This document shows, piece after piece, positions 37,256-47,269 of a DNA stretch of 64,000 nucleotides. Every line of letters starts with the position of its first letter. The first letter of the stretch is position 1. Made by a program: the position numbers and the translations under genes. Under the pieces are notes generated by a model. It was not told the DNA's origin. It did not search any database and saw nothing but the letters and a program-made list of their open reading frames with translations. Source of the DNA: a bacterium (lineage in GTDB: Bacteria; Hinthialibacterota; Hinthialibacteria; Hinthialibacterales; Hinthialibacteraceae); the NCBI GenBank assembly GCA_963662285.2, contig CAXXMV010000001.1:352001-416000 (forward strand). The letters run 5' to 3'.

Positions 37256-38410
37256 CTAATAAGAAGATATTTTCAACGTATTACCATAAACCTGTTCGGT
37301 AAGCGCAGTCATACCAACCAAATTATGATGTTTTTCAAGAGTCTCCCTGGCGTTTTGCACAATTTCTGGAACCTCGTCCCACGCTTCCCTGCTCCGCTTA
37401 ATCTCATCGGCGATGCCCGTAATGCTATTCCTGGCCAGATATCCATTATAACCATGTTTTATTAAATCGAATGATCCGGGAACATTAGTGGCGATCACCG
37501 GCGTCTGAACCGCCCACGCTTCCAGCACAGTCAACGGAAGTCCTTCCCATAACGAAGGCAGAACGCATAAATCCATCGCCGGGTACAACCGGGTCGCTTC
37601 TGGCAGGTTTCCAGTGAAGATGCATCGATCAGAAATTTGCACCGACTCAACCAACGTCTCTAACATGCGGCGTTTCGGCCCGTCTCCTACAAGCAATAGA
37701 TAGATATCGTCATAACTGTCAAGCAGTATGCGAAAGGCGCGAATCAGACGACTGACCGATTTCTGCCATTGCAGACGGCACACCGCGCCAATGACGAAAG
37801 CGTCATAAGGAATATCATACGTATCACGTATTTCATGGTTTATATGTTTTAGTTCTGTTTTGGACAATTGCTTAAAGGGAATAGCATTTTCGATAACAGT
37901 TGTTTTCCCCGATGCCTCAGGAATCTCATTAAGCAATTCATTCTGCGTACTTTGCGACACGCAGATAAAGGCATCGGTCCATCGGCTTAGAAAACGCTCA
38001 GTAGCGTTGACCCATAATTTTTCGACAGGATCAGAGTAATGCGCTGGATGATAGCCATGCACGGTATATATCATAGGCGCTAGTCGTCGGATCAAGCGGC
38101 AGGTCATTCGAGCAATCAAAGCCGCCCGGTGACCATGACAATGGATATGAGTCCAGGGCTGACTTTCCAGGATGGAGCGTAACGAGATGACCGCTTCAAG
38201 CGGCAATGCGGCATCAAGCGAAACCGGGTAAAATCGAATACCGGCTGACTCAATAATGGCGCGTAGAGAGGGATTATCATCCGGCGCTGCTATGGCCGTG
38301 ACGCATCCCCTTTGATTTAATGTTTTTGAAAGGTGCAATACATGCTGCGCGGCGCCGCCCTTCAGCGAAGCTGTAATATGAAGAATATGAAACGATTGGG
38401 CAGTAGGCAT
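37256..38410 (-). CDS. Glycosyltransferase family 4
   Basis: GGAAQHV, HIHCHG, PSLWEGLPLTVLEA. Confidence 0.92.
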   Translation of the reverse strand: MPTAQSFHILHITASLKGGAAQHVLHLSKTLNQRGCVTAIAAPDDNPSLRAIIESAGIRFYPVSLDAALPLEAVISLRSILESQPWTHIHCHGHRAALIARMTCRLIRRLAPMIYTVHGYHPAHYSDPVEKLWVNATERFLSRWTDAFICVSQSTQNELLNEIPEASGKTTVIENAIPFKQLSKTELKHINHEIRDTYDIPYDAFVIGAVCRLQWQKSVSRLIRAFRILLDSYDDIYLLLVGDGPKRRMLETLVESVQISDRCIFTGNLPEATRLYPAMDLCVLPSLWEGLPLTVLEAWAVQTPVIATNVPGSFDLIKHGYNGYLARNSITGIADEIKRSREAWDEVPEIVQNARETLEKHHNLVGMTALTEQVYGNTLKISSY

Positions 38411-38421
38411 TTGAAAAACCC

Positions 38422-39330
38422 CTATGCGCCCGTCTTCCCCCAGATATCACGGAAAATCTGCCAGGAAGTGGAACGGTCAAAGCCTGAACGGCCTCCGATT
38501 ATCCATCGACCTATAATCTTTAACGTAAGATAAATACGTAATTTAAGAAGACTAAATGAGCCAAAATGCTTTTGTGTGAAATAACACTGGCTGCGCCGGT
38601 ATTCGATCTCCGCCATATCGGGGTCTTGATCGACGCTCACGCCATGGGCATGTCTGATATGCGCTTCGGATGTGTGATAAACAGAAAATCCCTTTTCCCT
38701 GGCTCGAAGGCACCAGTCAATGTCTTCAAAGAATAGAAAGAAATTTTGATCCCACGGCCCGATATCCATTGCGGTGGAACGCGTGAAAAACATGCACGAA
38801 CCTGAAACCCAATCCACTACACGGGTTTTGCAACTCTGAGCCAACAATTCCTGTCTGGCCCAAGGTTCACGCTCAGCGGCGGCTCTATCCAACCGGCGGC
38901 GCTTGGCTTCAGCGGTTGGCGTGGGAAACTCTCCCCAGGTAAGTTGAGGAAAATCGTCCTCTTCAAAATGCAGGGGAGCGATAATACCCGGAAAATCCAA
39001 CCTATCCCAGATGCGTTTGATTTTAGCAATTGTATCAGGCGATATTTCAATATCACTGTTAAGTAAAAGAATTTCGCGTTCTTGGGTAGATGCCAGTCCT
39101 TCGTTGACCGCAGCTGAATAACCGTCATTTTCTTCCCGTTCGATAATCTGAACATCGGGAAACCGGGTTTTCACCATATCCACGCTTCCATCGCTGGAAT
39201 TATTATCCACTACGGTAATTCTAAGCTGGACGCACCGGGCAGGAGAATCTGCTTCCCTCTGAGTCAATCTTTCAAGCAGCGTTTGTAAATATGAGGAACA
39301 GTTGTAGTTAACAATGATTACATCGATCAC
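38422..39330 (-). CDS. Glycosyltransferase family 2 (WbbL-like)
   Basis: IIVNYN, VVDNNSSDGS, LLLNSD, DWVSGSCM, FEDIDWC; GTG start. Confidence 0.92.
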   Translation of the reverse strand: MIDVIIVNYNCSSYLQTLLERLTQREADSPARCVQLRITVVDNNSSDGSVDMVKTRFPDVQIIEREENDGYSAAVNEGLASTQEREILLLNSDIEISPDTIAKIKRIWDRLDFPGIIAPLHFEEDDFPQLTWGEFPTPTAEAKRRRLDRAAAEREPWARQELLAQSCKTRVVDWVSGSCMFFTRSTAMDIGPWDQNFFLFFEDIDWCLRAREKGFSVYHTSEAHIRHAHGVSVDQDPDMAEIEYRRSQCYFTQKHFGSFSLLKLRIYLTLKIIGRWIIGGRSGFDRSTSWQIFRDIWGKTGA

Positions 39331-39389
39331 TGGAGTTTATCTCTTCATGTATACAGGTTAATTAATAAACGAATCACACCCATTGTAGT

Positions 39390-39440
39390 AAAAAAAAAAA
39401 TCCCTGGCAGGGCTTCACAAAATAAACCTGCCAGGGATTT
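39390..39440 (-). terminator. Rho-independent terminator of the DUF6807 gene
   Basis: AAATCCCTGGCAGG...CCTGCCAGGGATTT with a long A run on the plus strand (U tract on minus). Confidence 0.85.
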
Positions 39441-39457
39441 GATTTAATATATATCGG

Positions 39458-40720
39458 TTATTTCAGGATAATAGTAGGAGCATTGCTGAAATTAGCGTAT
39501 GCTTCTGCAACCTTACCCTGTTCTGCGTCGCCTGCATGGATGTAGACGCGGTATTTCATATTCCAGGTTTTACCTTTTTCCAAGATTTGGCTTCCATCTT
39601 TTGATTTGTCGATAAAATGCGACAATCCAAATGGATTAGCAGTAAAAAGCCCATAATCCCGGACATGATAGCGCATCGGGTAAAATGGATTGGTTGGATA
39701 ATCCATGATTGTCATACCAACCGTCTTGCCATCAACCGGACCGCTGTAGTCGCACCAGGGCGCTGGTTTGCCCCAGCACTGACCGGCGCCGACACCACCT
39801 TTAGAATTTAAGATGGTTCCACCTTTTTCTTTATTTATCAATTTTTCACGCATTGTGGCCGCCACGCGCAACGCAACCAATCCACCTTCTTTGGTATCGC
39901 CGAATTTCACATCGCCTTCAGTGGCTTTGAAGGTTAAATCGAAGTCAATCATTCTTGCGCAGTCCGGGGTTCCCCAGATGGTAAGGATGCGTTCTTCTTC
40001 GAATATCTTTTTGCCTTGATGATCTACCCAGTCCAAAACAGCGGAAATTCTACCGGCGGCTGGAGCAACCGAAGTAATATATTCCTGCTGTTTGGTAAAA
40101 CCATGATCTGCGGAGAGACCCCAGAAATCCACGCCATTAACATCACCGTGCGACACCCAAAGCGACTGATGATGAGGATGATCTTCACTCTCGCCTTCGA
40201 CTTTTTTCATGGGGAAATTGCGCGTCATGGGCGCTCCGCCCGGTCCAAGCAGTGGATAAAAATTTGGCCACATTTTTTTATTTTCAACGACGGTGTAATC
40301 GTAGGTAGAAAATGGTTTTCCCGCGATAGTGATATCAATAGCGCCGTTTTTTTCTTTGAACTCCACCGGATTAGCGATGAAAGTTGTACCAACCTCGATC
40401 TGATAAGTGCGCGCTTCCCAGGCTTTCATTCCGTCGATCACAAAGGCCAGTTCGATTCCATCTTTAGAGGGAAGAACCGCAATTGATGCAGTCTGTTGTT
40501 CACATACAGCGCGAAGCGGCTCACCCGATTTGGCTGCTTTATATAATTCCGAATCCGGGGGAACAGAGACGGTGACCGGGCAATTATCACGCGCTTTGTT
40601 ACCAGCGTTGACCAATATCTCGCCTTTACTGTCGAAGGCGTTGGCTGCCGGAGCAGTGAAAATGATAGTGCAAATCAAAGTCGCCAGCAGTAATTCGATG
40701 ATTGAAAACTTGAATTTCAT
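39458..40720 (-). CDS. Secreted DUF6807 ('PmoA-family') protein, not a true methane monooxygenase subunit
   Basis: Signal peptide; DHPHHQSLW, GDTKEGG, WCDYSG, HVRDYGLFTANPFG. Confidence 0.8.
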   Translation of the reverse strand: MKFKFSIIELLLATLICTIIFTAPAANAFDSKGEILVNAGNKARDNCPVTVSVPPDSELYKAAKSGEPLRAVCEQQTASIAVLPSKDGIELAFVIDGMKAWEARTYQIEVGTTFIANPVEFKEKNGAIDITIAGKPFSTYDYTVVENKKMWPNFYPLLGPGGAPMTRNFPMKKVEGESEDHPHHQSLWVSHGDVNGVDFWGLSADHGFTKQQEYITSVAPAAGRISAVLDWVDHQGKKIFEEERILTIWGTPDCARMIDFDLTFKATEGDVKFGDTKEGGLVALRVAATMREKLINKEKGGTILNSKGGVGAGQCWGKPAPWCDYSGPVDGKTVGMTIMDYPTNPFYPMRYHVRDYGLFTANPFGLSHFIDKSKDGSQILEKGKTWNMKYRVYIHAGDAEQGKVAEAYANFSNAPTIILK

Positions 40721-40763
40721 AATTATTTCTCCCGCTTTTAATTAAGTTGTAATAGAATAATTA

Positions 40764-40853
40764 TCCCTCCCCCAAGCCTGGGGGATGCTAGGAGGGGATT
40801 GATTAGTCGAGACGCAACCCCCCTCTAACTCCCCCCAGGCTTGGGGGGAGAAT
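40764..40853. repeat. Inverted pair of REP-like palindromic units (CCCCCCAGGCTTGGGGGG core)
   Basis: 40764-40800 and 40815-40853 are near reverse complements; related copies at 54716-54856. Confidence 0.75.
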
Positions 40854-40900
40854 TCTATCATCTACACATTAATATTACACATTAATATTACGCAAAAACT

Positions 40901-41728
40901 TTATGCAAAAACTTTTTTAAGAAACTCGATGCTTTCTTTGGCGATGGTTTCTCCATCTGGAGTATAATCAAATACTTCAACTGATACATAACCATCGTAG
41001 TTAATCTCTTTAAGGGCGGCGGCGATGGGAACGAAATCAACGTCGCCAGTTCCGGGGCCTTTTAGATTACGGTCGTTAGCGTGGAAATGCTTCAGCATTT
41101 CTTTGTGCTCCCGGATAATATAAGCAGGTGGATAATATTCTCCACCGCACATGGCTTTAGCGTCCAGGTGAAGTTGAAAATTGGGGTGATTAACCGCTCT
41201 TATCAATTCAGCGCCATCACGGCCTGAGTTGATAAAGTTGGTTTCAACGTGTGTTAATGGTTCAAAACAGATGGTGACGCCGCATTCCGCCGCCAAGTCC
41301 ATGCATCCCTGATAGAATTCCACCGCACGCTTAAACACATCCTGATAGAACTCTCCGGGAGTCCAGTCGCGCTGCTTAGGCGAACCATGCACCATTACCT
41401 TACCGCCCAGTTCAGCGCAGAAGCGGATCAGTTCTTTATAGTAGTCCTGCGATTCCCGACGGATCTTATCATCCGGGCAATTGATATGCAGTGGCTTATC
41501 GCAGCCCTGGGGAACCACCAGCAGCCAATGAAGGCCGATGATCTCAACGCCATTATCATCGGCGATCTTTTTAATTTCCCGCCGTTCCTCTGTTGAAATA
41601 TCGGTCACAAGTTTACCAAGCGTAAATGGCGCCAGTTCGACGCCTTGATAGCCGCATTTCCCCGCGCACACGCAGGCGTCTTGCCATGTTTGATTCTGAA
41701 AGGTTTCATTACAAATAGCAAATTTCAT
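40901..41728 (-). CDS. Sugar phosphate isomerase/epimerase (xylose isomerase-like TIM barrel)
   Basis: FAICNETF, GLHWLL, FEPL, HLDAKAM, HFHAND, SVEVFD. Confidence 0.88.
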   Translation of the reverse strand: MKFAICNETFQNQTWQDACVCAGKCGYQGVELAPFTLGKLVTDISTEERREIKKIADDNGVEIIGLHWLLVVPQGCDKPLHINCPDDKIRRESQDYYKELIRFCAELGGKVMVHGSPKQRDWTPGEFYQDVFKRAVEFYQGCMDLAAECGVTICFEPLTHVETNFINSGRDGAELIRAVNHPNFQLHLDAKAMCGGEYYPPAYIIREHKEMLKHFHANDRNLKGPGTGDVDFVPIAAALKEINYDGYVSVEVFDYTPDGETIAKESIEFLKKVFA

Positions 41729-41800
41729 GGATTTCTCCCTGGATAGGATCAAGCGCTTCAAGAAAGGTTTGCCTGATCCATGATTAACGATAACGTAATT

Positions 41801-42271
41801 TTACGAATTTGTGTCGGGGATAGTCAAGGTATAAACCGGCATGATTTCAAAAGGATGCACCTGTTTTTCGGACAGCGTATCATCAGGTTTCAGAAAAATA
41901 ACCGAAATTATGTTGGAAGAAAGACAATAAACCACTCCAGCGCTATCTTCCGGGACGTCGCCTATATCATTATTGGCCGTGACGTAATGCCCCACCTCGA
42001 TCACCATATTGCGGTACACGATCGACGGCTCGCTCTGTTTTACTTTCTCCAGGCACGACGCCATCAGGTCGCAATCCTCCTGCGACTTGATTCGATCCAG
42101 GATAAAGCGAAGTCCATCACCCAGATGGGTATCCTGAAATTCAGGATATTCCTCCAGCACCCGCCTTTGTCGGAGGCACTGGGCAATCGAAGAGACAGTC
42201 GATTCCGTATACGATACGAATATCGACCAGATCAGGGCTTTTAGGTATAAAAGAAAGTTTCTGGTTTGCAT
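41801..42271 (-). CDS. Hypothetical protein; C-terminal part weakly DUF4926/SH3-like
   Basis: 156-aa ORF co-oriented with the epimerase; VPEDSAGVV..ISVIF pattern. Confidence 0.55.
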   Translation of the reverse strand: MQTRNFLLYLKALIWSIFVSYTESTVSSIAQCLRQRRVLEEYPEFQDTHLGDGLRFILDRIKSQEDCDLMASCLEKVKQSEPSIVYRNMVIEVGHYVTANNDIGDVPEDSAGVVYCLSSNIISVIFLKPDDTLSEKQVHPFEIMPVYTLTIPDTNS

Positions 42272-42415
42272 AATAATTTATAATAACCCATGCTAAAGAA
42301 AATCTATAGTCGAGTTGTAGATATTCGAATCACTAGACGATGGCTCTGATTTTTCTTTATAATAATGACTTTATAACATTCTACATGAACCTATCAACAA
42401 CAAAAAGGAAATAAT

Positions 42416-44371
42416 ATGACATCCAGAAGTCCCATTATAATCATTATCAGCCTATTTCTTCTAATATTCCTGCCATTCGTCATGACAGTCGAAGCACAGG
42501 ATGAGACGGTCAATCAGGATTTACTGGATCGCATCCAATACAACAGCCCCGGCTTGGCGGTTGACTTGGGAGTAGGTCTTTGGGCTTGGCCTCTGCCGCT
42601 CGATTTTGACGACGATGGCGATAACGATCTGCTGGTTAATACCCAGGATAAACCCTACAACGGTTTGTATTATTTCGAGAATACTTCTGGCAACGTCACA
42701 TACCCCGTCTTCAAACCGGGCGTCAGGATCAGCGGCGGCAGCAGCAATGTCCAGATATCTTATGTGGGAGACCAATACAGAATAATCACTCCGGGCAAAG
42801 AGTATCCAGATTATAAAACCAAGGGTCTTGCCGACGGCGTCCCCTTCCCTTACAAGCAGGAATTATACGCCGGACGCTCCAATCACTGGCGGCTGGTTGA
42901 TTTTGATGGAGACGGCGTCACCGATTTAATTATAGGCGCCAGCGATTGGCGCGAGTATGGCTGGGATAACGCCTTTAATGAAAAAGGCGAATGGATCCGC
43001 GGCCCGCTGCATGGCTATGTATATTTCATCAAAAACCTGGGCGATAATGATAAACCAAAATATGGAGATGCGGTTAAAATCATGGCGGGTGGAGAACCCA
43101 TCGATGTATACGGTATGCCTTCGCCTAACTTTGCTGATTGGGACGACGACGGCGATCTCGATTTAATCTGCGGCGAGTTTCTGGACCGCTTTACCTATTT
43201 TGAGAATACGGGATCTCGCAAAGCCCCGGTTTACGCCAAAGGCCGTTTTCTTTCATACCAGAACCAGACAATCAAAATGGATTTGGAAATGATCATCCCC
43301 ACCGCCATCGACTGGGATAAGGATGGCGACGTGGATTTAGTCGTCGGTCAAGAAGATGGCCGGGTGGCGCTGGTTGAGAACACTGGCAAGATAAAAGATG
43401 CAATGCCCCAATTCCTACCGCCTAAATTCTTCCAGCAAGAGGCGACCAATGTAAAATTCGGCGCCCTGGTCACCCCTTTCAGCGTTGATTGGGATGCCGA
43501 CGGCGACCAGGACTTAATCTGCGGCAACACGGCGGGCTACATCGGCTTTATCGAAAACCTGGACGGCGGCGATACTCCCCGCTGGGCTGAAGCCGTATAT
43601 CTCGAAGCCGATGGCCAAGCCATCCATATCCAGGCTGGCTACAACGGTTCCATCCAAGGCCCCGCCGAAGCCAAATGGGGCTACACCGTCCTAAATGTCG
43701 CCGACTGGAATAACGATGGCTTGCTTGATATCGTAGCCAATTCCATCATTGGCGAGATAATCTGGTTCGAGAACATAGGAACGCCCAAGTCGCCCAAACT
43801 TAAAGCAGAGCAAACCATTGATGTTGAATGGCAGGGCGCGCCGCCCAAGCCTGAGTGGCATTGGTGGAATCCCAAAGGCAAGCAACTGGTCTCCCAATGG
43901 CGCACCACCCCGTTTATTTATGACTTAAACCACGATGGCCTCAACGACCTCATCATGCTGGATCATGAAGGTTACTTAAGTTTCTTTGAACGCCAGAAAG
44001 ACAATGGGAACCTCATACTTCTGCCCGGCAAGAGAATATTTGAAGACGAATCAGGCAATCCGCTACGCCTCAATGACGGCAAAGCCGGCAAAAGCGGCCG
44101 CCGTAAATTCATACTGACCGATTGGGACATGGATGGCCATCTGGATATCCTGATCAACAGCCGCAGCATAGATTTCATGCGCAACATAGCAACCAAAAAA
44201 GGCGAATATAAATTCAAAAACCTGGGCCAGGTCCACCCCCACCGCCTGGCCGGACACACCACCTGCCCCGCCATCGTCGACTGGGATAAAAACAACATCC
44301 CCGACCTGCTAATCGGAGCGGAGGACGGCCATTTTTATTACTTTGAGAATCCTAAGACGGCGCGAGAATAG
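42416..44371 (+). CDS. Secreted FG-GAP/VCBS repeat protein
   Basis: Signal peptide; repeated DxDxDGxxDL motifs; AAGGA RBS. Confidence 0.88.
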   Translation: MTSRSPIIIIISLFLLIFLPFVMTVEAQDETVNQDLLDRIQYNSPGLAVDLGVGLWAWPLPLDFDDDGDNDLLVNTQDKPYNGLYYFENTSGNVTYPVFKPGVRISGGSSNVQISYVGDQYRIITPGKEYPDYKTKGLADGVPFPYKQELYAGRSNHWRLVDFDGDGVTDLIIGASDWREYGWDNAFNEKGEWIRGPLHGYVYFIKNLGDNDKPKYGDAVKIMAGGEPIDVYGMPSPNFADWDDDGDLDLICGEFLDRFTYFENTGSRKAPVYAKGRFLSYQNQTIKMDLEMIIPTAIDWDKDGDVDLVVGQEDGRVALVENTGKIKDAMPQFLPPKFFQQEATNVKFGALVTPFSVDWDADGDQDLICGNTAGYIGFIENLDGGDTPRWAEAVYLEADGQAIHIQAGYNGSIQGPAEAKWGYTVLNVADWNNDGLLDIVANSIIGEIIWFENIGTPKSPKLKAEQTIDVEWQGAPPKPEWHWWNPKGKQLVSQWRTTPFIYDLNHDGLNDLIMLDHEGYLSFFERQKDNGNLILLPGKRIFEDESGNPLRLNDGKAGKSGRRKFILTDWDMDGHLDILINSRSIDFMRNIATKKGEYKFKNLGQVHPHRLAGHTTCPAIVDWDKNNIPDLLIGAEDGHFYYFENPKTARE

Positions 44372-44701
44372 AGTTATATCAAGGTTAGGTTTATACAGGC
44401 AGTGGATTATTGATTAATTAGGAAATATTCCCCAACTACTACAAATGTATTATTGAATACTTAATAATACATATAATGTCCACTATTGACATTATATACT
44501 TGTATATATAATAGTATATATAAAATGACAACATAATTCTTTTCAACATGCTGCAAACTGATGATTCCAGGGGGGGGATAACAACAGGTAATGTCGTACG
44601 GCAAATACACTCAAATTAATTGTAAAATTCTTTGTTTTGCATGGATAGCGAAGACTAGTAACTTCCTTTTTCTGAAAAATCTTTTCATGGAGAACTTTTT
44701 A

Positions 44702-44877
44702 ATGCAGATCAAAAAACATATACCTTAATAATTTGGATACTATCGGTATTATTATTTTCAAATTGTGCAAGCGCTCCTACTAAAGAACAATTGCAAAATG
44801 CTGATTATGGGACACCAATCTATCAAGAAGAAGCAGTGCAATTAGGTGAAAATTTTTTAAAGAAACAGGTTATCTAA
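44702..44877 (+). pseudogene. Frameshifted, truncated lipoprotein remnant
   Basis: GGAG RBS and ATG 44702; adding one A to the A6 run gives MQIKKTYTLIIWILSVLLFSNCASAPTKEQLQNADYGTP...*. Confidence 0.55.
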
Positions 44878-44980
44878 AATATATATCTTGTTGTAATATC
44901 TGTTATTGAGACATGAAAGAAATTTTTGTTGTAATCGATAAAATTAATCTTATTAACAGTAACTACAGAAAGGTATCATC

Positions 44981-46099
44981 ATGAAGAAAAGAATAGAATC
45001 AATACTATTATCAAACTCGTTTCTCTTTATCGTAATCTATTTCATATTTATACAAAACTCTTTTTCACAAAATCCAGAATGGCTCGTGTTCAATACTGAA
45101 AACTCAGAAATTGCTAGTAACATGATAAGCTCGATTTCATTTGCACCTGATGGTGTTGTTTGGATTGGTCATAGTCATCCTAGTGAAATGGGAAAAGGCG
45201 TTTCCTTATTTGATGGAGAGAAATGGACAATCTACAACATTAAAAACTCAGGATTACCTCACAATAATGTTATTGCTGTTGATTTTGATCATAGTGGGAA
45301 CACATGGATCGCAACAGGAAGTAATTATGACGTGGGTGGGGGACTGGCAAAATTTGATGGGAAAGAATGGGTAACTTATAATATGAGAAACTCAGGATTG
45401 TTAAGCAATAGTATATGGTACATCAAGTTTGATTATAACAATAATTTATGGATTACTTCAAGCAAGGGTATTGTGAAATTCGACGGTGAGAATTGGATTA
45501 CGTATACGATGAATACAACCGATCTTCCTTCGAATGCAGTGACAAGTGTTGACTTCGATAGTGAAGGAAACATTTGGTTTTCGACGTGGGGAGGAGGACT
45601 TGTAAAATATGACGGAATTAAATGGACAACATATAACACAAATAATTCAAGCCTACCACATAACAACGTCATTAATGTTGCTGTCGATAGTATCAACAAT
45701 ATTTGGATGTCAACTTTTGCTGGCAATTCTGGGGGGGATCGTGGGATGGCTAAATTTGATGGTGAGAATTGGAAGGTATATAACACTGATAATTCCGATT
45801 TGCCGAATAACGGCGTTTGGGCGCTAACCGTTGATCTTCATAATAACATCTGGGCTGGACCAAGAAGTGATAATCCTCCGATCAAGAATGGTCTTGTAAA
45901 ATTTGATGGCAATCAATGGACTTTGTTTAACACATCAAATTCAAATCTCCCGAGTGACTATGTCCGATGTATCAATACGGATGTACATGAAAATGTTTGG
46001 GTCGGAACAGGTGATGGTGGAATGGCAATCTACCGCGAAGGAGGCATTAAACTGCCCCAAACCAACGCAGGCATCAAACAATGGCATAACTTAAACTAA
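44981..46099 (+). CDS. Secreted two-component-regulator-propeller (PorZ-like) repeat protein
   Basis: About seven repeats of W..YN..NS.LP.N.V...D..GN.W..T.GGL..FDG; signal peptide. Confidence 0.85.
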   Translation: MKKRIESILLSNSFLFIVIYFIFIQNSFSQNPEWLVFNTENSEIASNMISSISFAPDGVVWIGHSHPSEMGKGVSLFDGEKWTIYNIKNSGLPHNNVIAVDFDHSGNTWIATGSNYDVGGGLAKFDGKEWVTYNMRNSGLLSNSIWYIKFDYNNNLWITSSKGIVKFDGENWITYTMNTTDLPSNAVTSVDFDSEGNIWFSTWGGGLVKYDGIKWTTYNTNNSSLPHNNVINVAVDSINNIWMSTFAGNSGGDRGMAKFDGENWKVYNTDNSDLPNNGVWALTVDLHNNIWAGPRSDNPPIKNGLVKFDGNQWTLFNTSNSNLPSDYVRCINTDVHENVWVGTGDGGMAIYREGGIKLPQTNAGIKQWHNLN

Positions 46100-46158
46100 A
46101 AATAACAATAAAAAATGGGTACGTTCAATAAATTGTGTAAACGGAAATTCTTAGCTAA

Positions 46159-46197
46159 GTAGGGTGGGCTAAAAGCCGCGAAGCGGCGTAGCCCACC
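46159..46197 (+). repeat. GTAG-type REP palindrome
   Basis: GTAG followed by GGTGGGCTA-AAA-GCCGC-GAA-GCGGC-G-TAGCCCACC, between convergent genes. Confidence 0.7.
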
Positions 46198-46215
46198 ATG
46201 TACCTCCAAATACTC

Positions 46216-47256
46216 CTAAACCGAAACCATCCGGCCAGACCTGGCCGACTCATAACAAGCCGCCAGAATCATCTGGTTGCGCAGCCCCAACTCAGCGCTG
46301 TTGGACGGTTCACGTCCTTCAAGTATGGCGTTACCCATCTCTTCTATTTCCGCTTGATAGGTATTAAACGGTTTGGGCGATATCTCTATTCCACCATTAC
46401 TTACATCATCTTGCTGCGCATCATAGGAAGCGTCTTTCTCTTCCAGAAACGCAGTCATTGTCCCCGCCTCTCCCTGCCCGATAGTTCCCTGGGCCAGGAT
46501 ACTTCCGGTGGAGCCATAGAGTTCCAGGCAATTCTTGCTGCTGGCGTCGGGTATGCAGAAGAATGCATCAACGCTGGCCATGGCGCCGTTCTCAAAGAAC
46601 AAACTGACCACCGCGCTGTCTTCTGATTCATAATTGTGAATTGTATTATTAATCATACAATTCACCTTTTTGACCGAACCGAAATACATCTCCAACAGAT
46701 CGATGCAATGCCCGCCCATATCAATCAACGAACCGCCGCCGCCTTGCTTGAGGTTCTGCCGCCAGGCGTTTTCAATTGGTGGATACCAACAAGAGAGCTG
46801 CGCTCTGGCGAATGTCGGCTCGCCCAACTTGCCCTCTTGAACAATATGCAAAGCAGCTTGATGCTGGGTATGAAAGCGCATCATCAACGCCGTCCCCAAA
46901 ATCACCCCTGCATCTTTACAGGCCTGCATCATCTTTTGCGCTTCTTCAACCGATAGACCCAGAGGTTTTTCGCATAGCGCATGCTTACCCGCTTTGGCGC
47001 AGTCAAACACTTGCTGGCAATGCGCATCGGCTGGAGTTGCGATATAGACCGCGTCTATGTCACTATTCAACATCGCTTCAATACTTGCGGCGGCGTATGC
47101 TCCAAACTCATCAGCCACAGCCTTATTAATATCAGGATCAATATCAAAAACGCTGATTAAATCTCCATTGCGGGCGGGAACAATCCCTTCGGGAATAGTT
47201 CTTCGTTTGGCGATGCCGCCTGAACCGATGACTCCCCAGCGAACTTTTTTCGACAT
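46216..47256 (-). CDS. Gfo/Idh/MocA oxidoreductase
   Basis: WGVIGSGGIA, CEKP, GGGSLIDMGGHCIDL. Confidence 0.93.
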   Translation of the reverse strand: MSKKVRWGVIGSGGIAKRRTIPEGIVPARNGDLISVFDIDPDINKAVADEFGAYAAASIEAMLNSDIDAVYIATPADAHCQQVFDCAKAGKHALCEKPLGLSVEEAQKMMQACKDAGVILGTALMMRFHTQHQAALHIVQEGKLGEPTFARAQLSCWYPPIENAWRQNLKQGGGGSLIDMGGHCIDLLEMYFGSVKKVNCMINNTIHNYESEDSAVVSLFFENGAMASVDAFFCIPDASSKNCLELYGSTGSILAQGTIGQGEAGTMTAFLEEKDASYDAQQDDVSNGGIEISPKPFNTYQAEIEEMGNAILEGREPSNSAELGLRNQMILAACYESARSGRMVSV

Positions 47257-47269
47257 TTTGCAACCCCTC

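Noticed and set aside
39458-40720. Particulate methane monooxygenase subunit A
   Set aside because: Soluble secreted DUF6807-type protein without TM helices; no pmoC or pmoB nearby.
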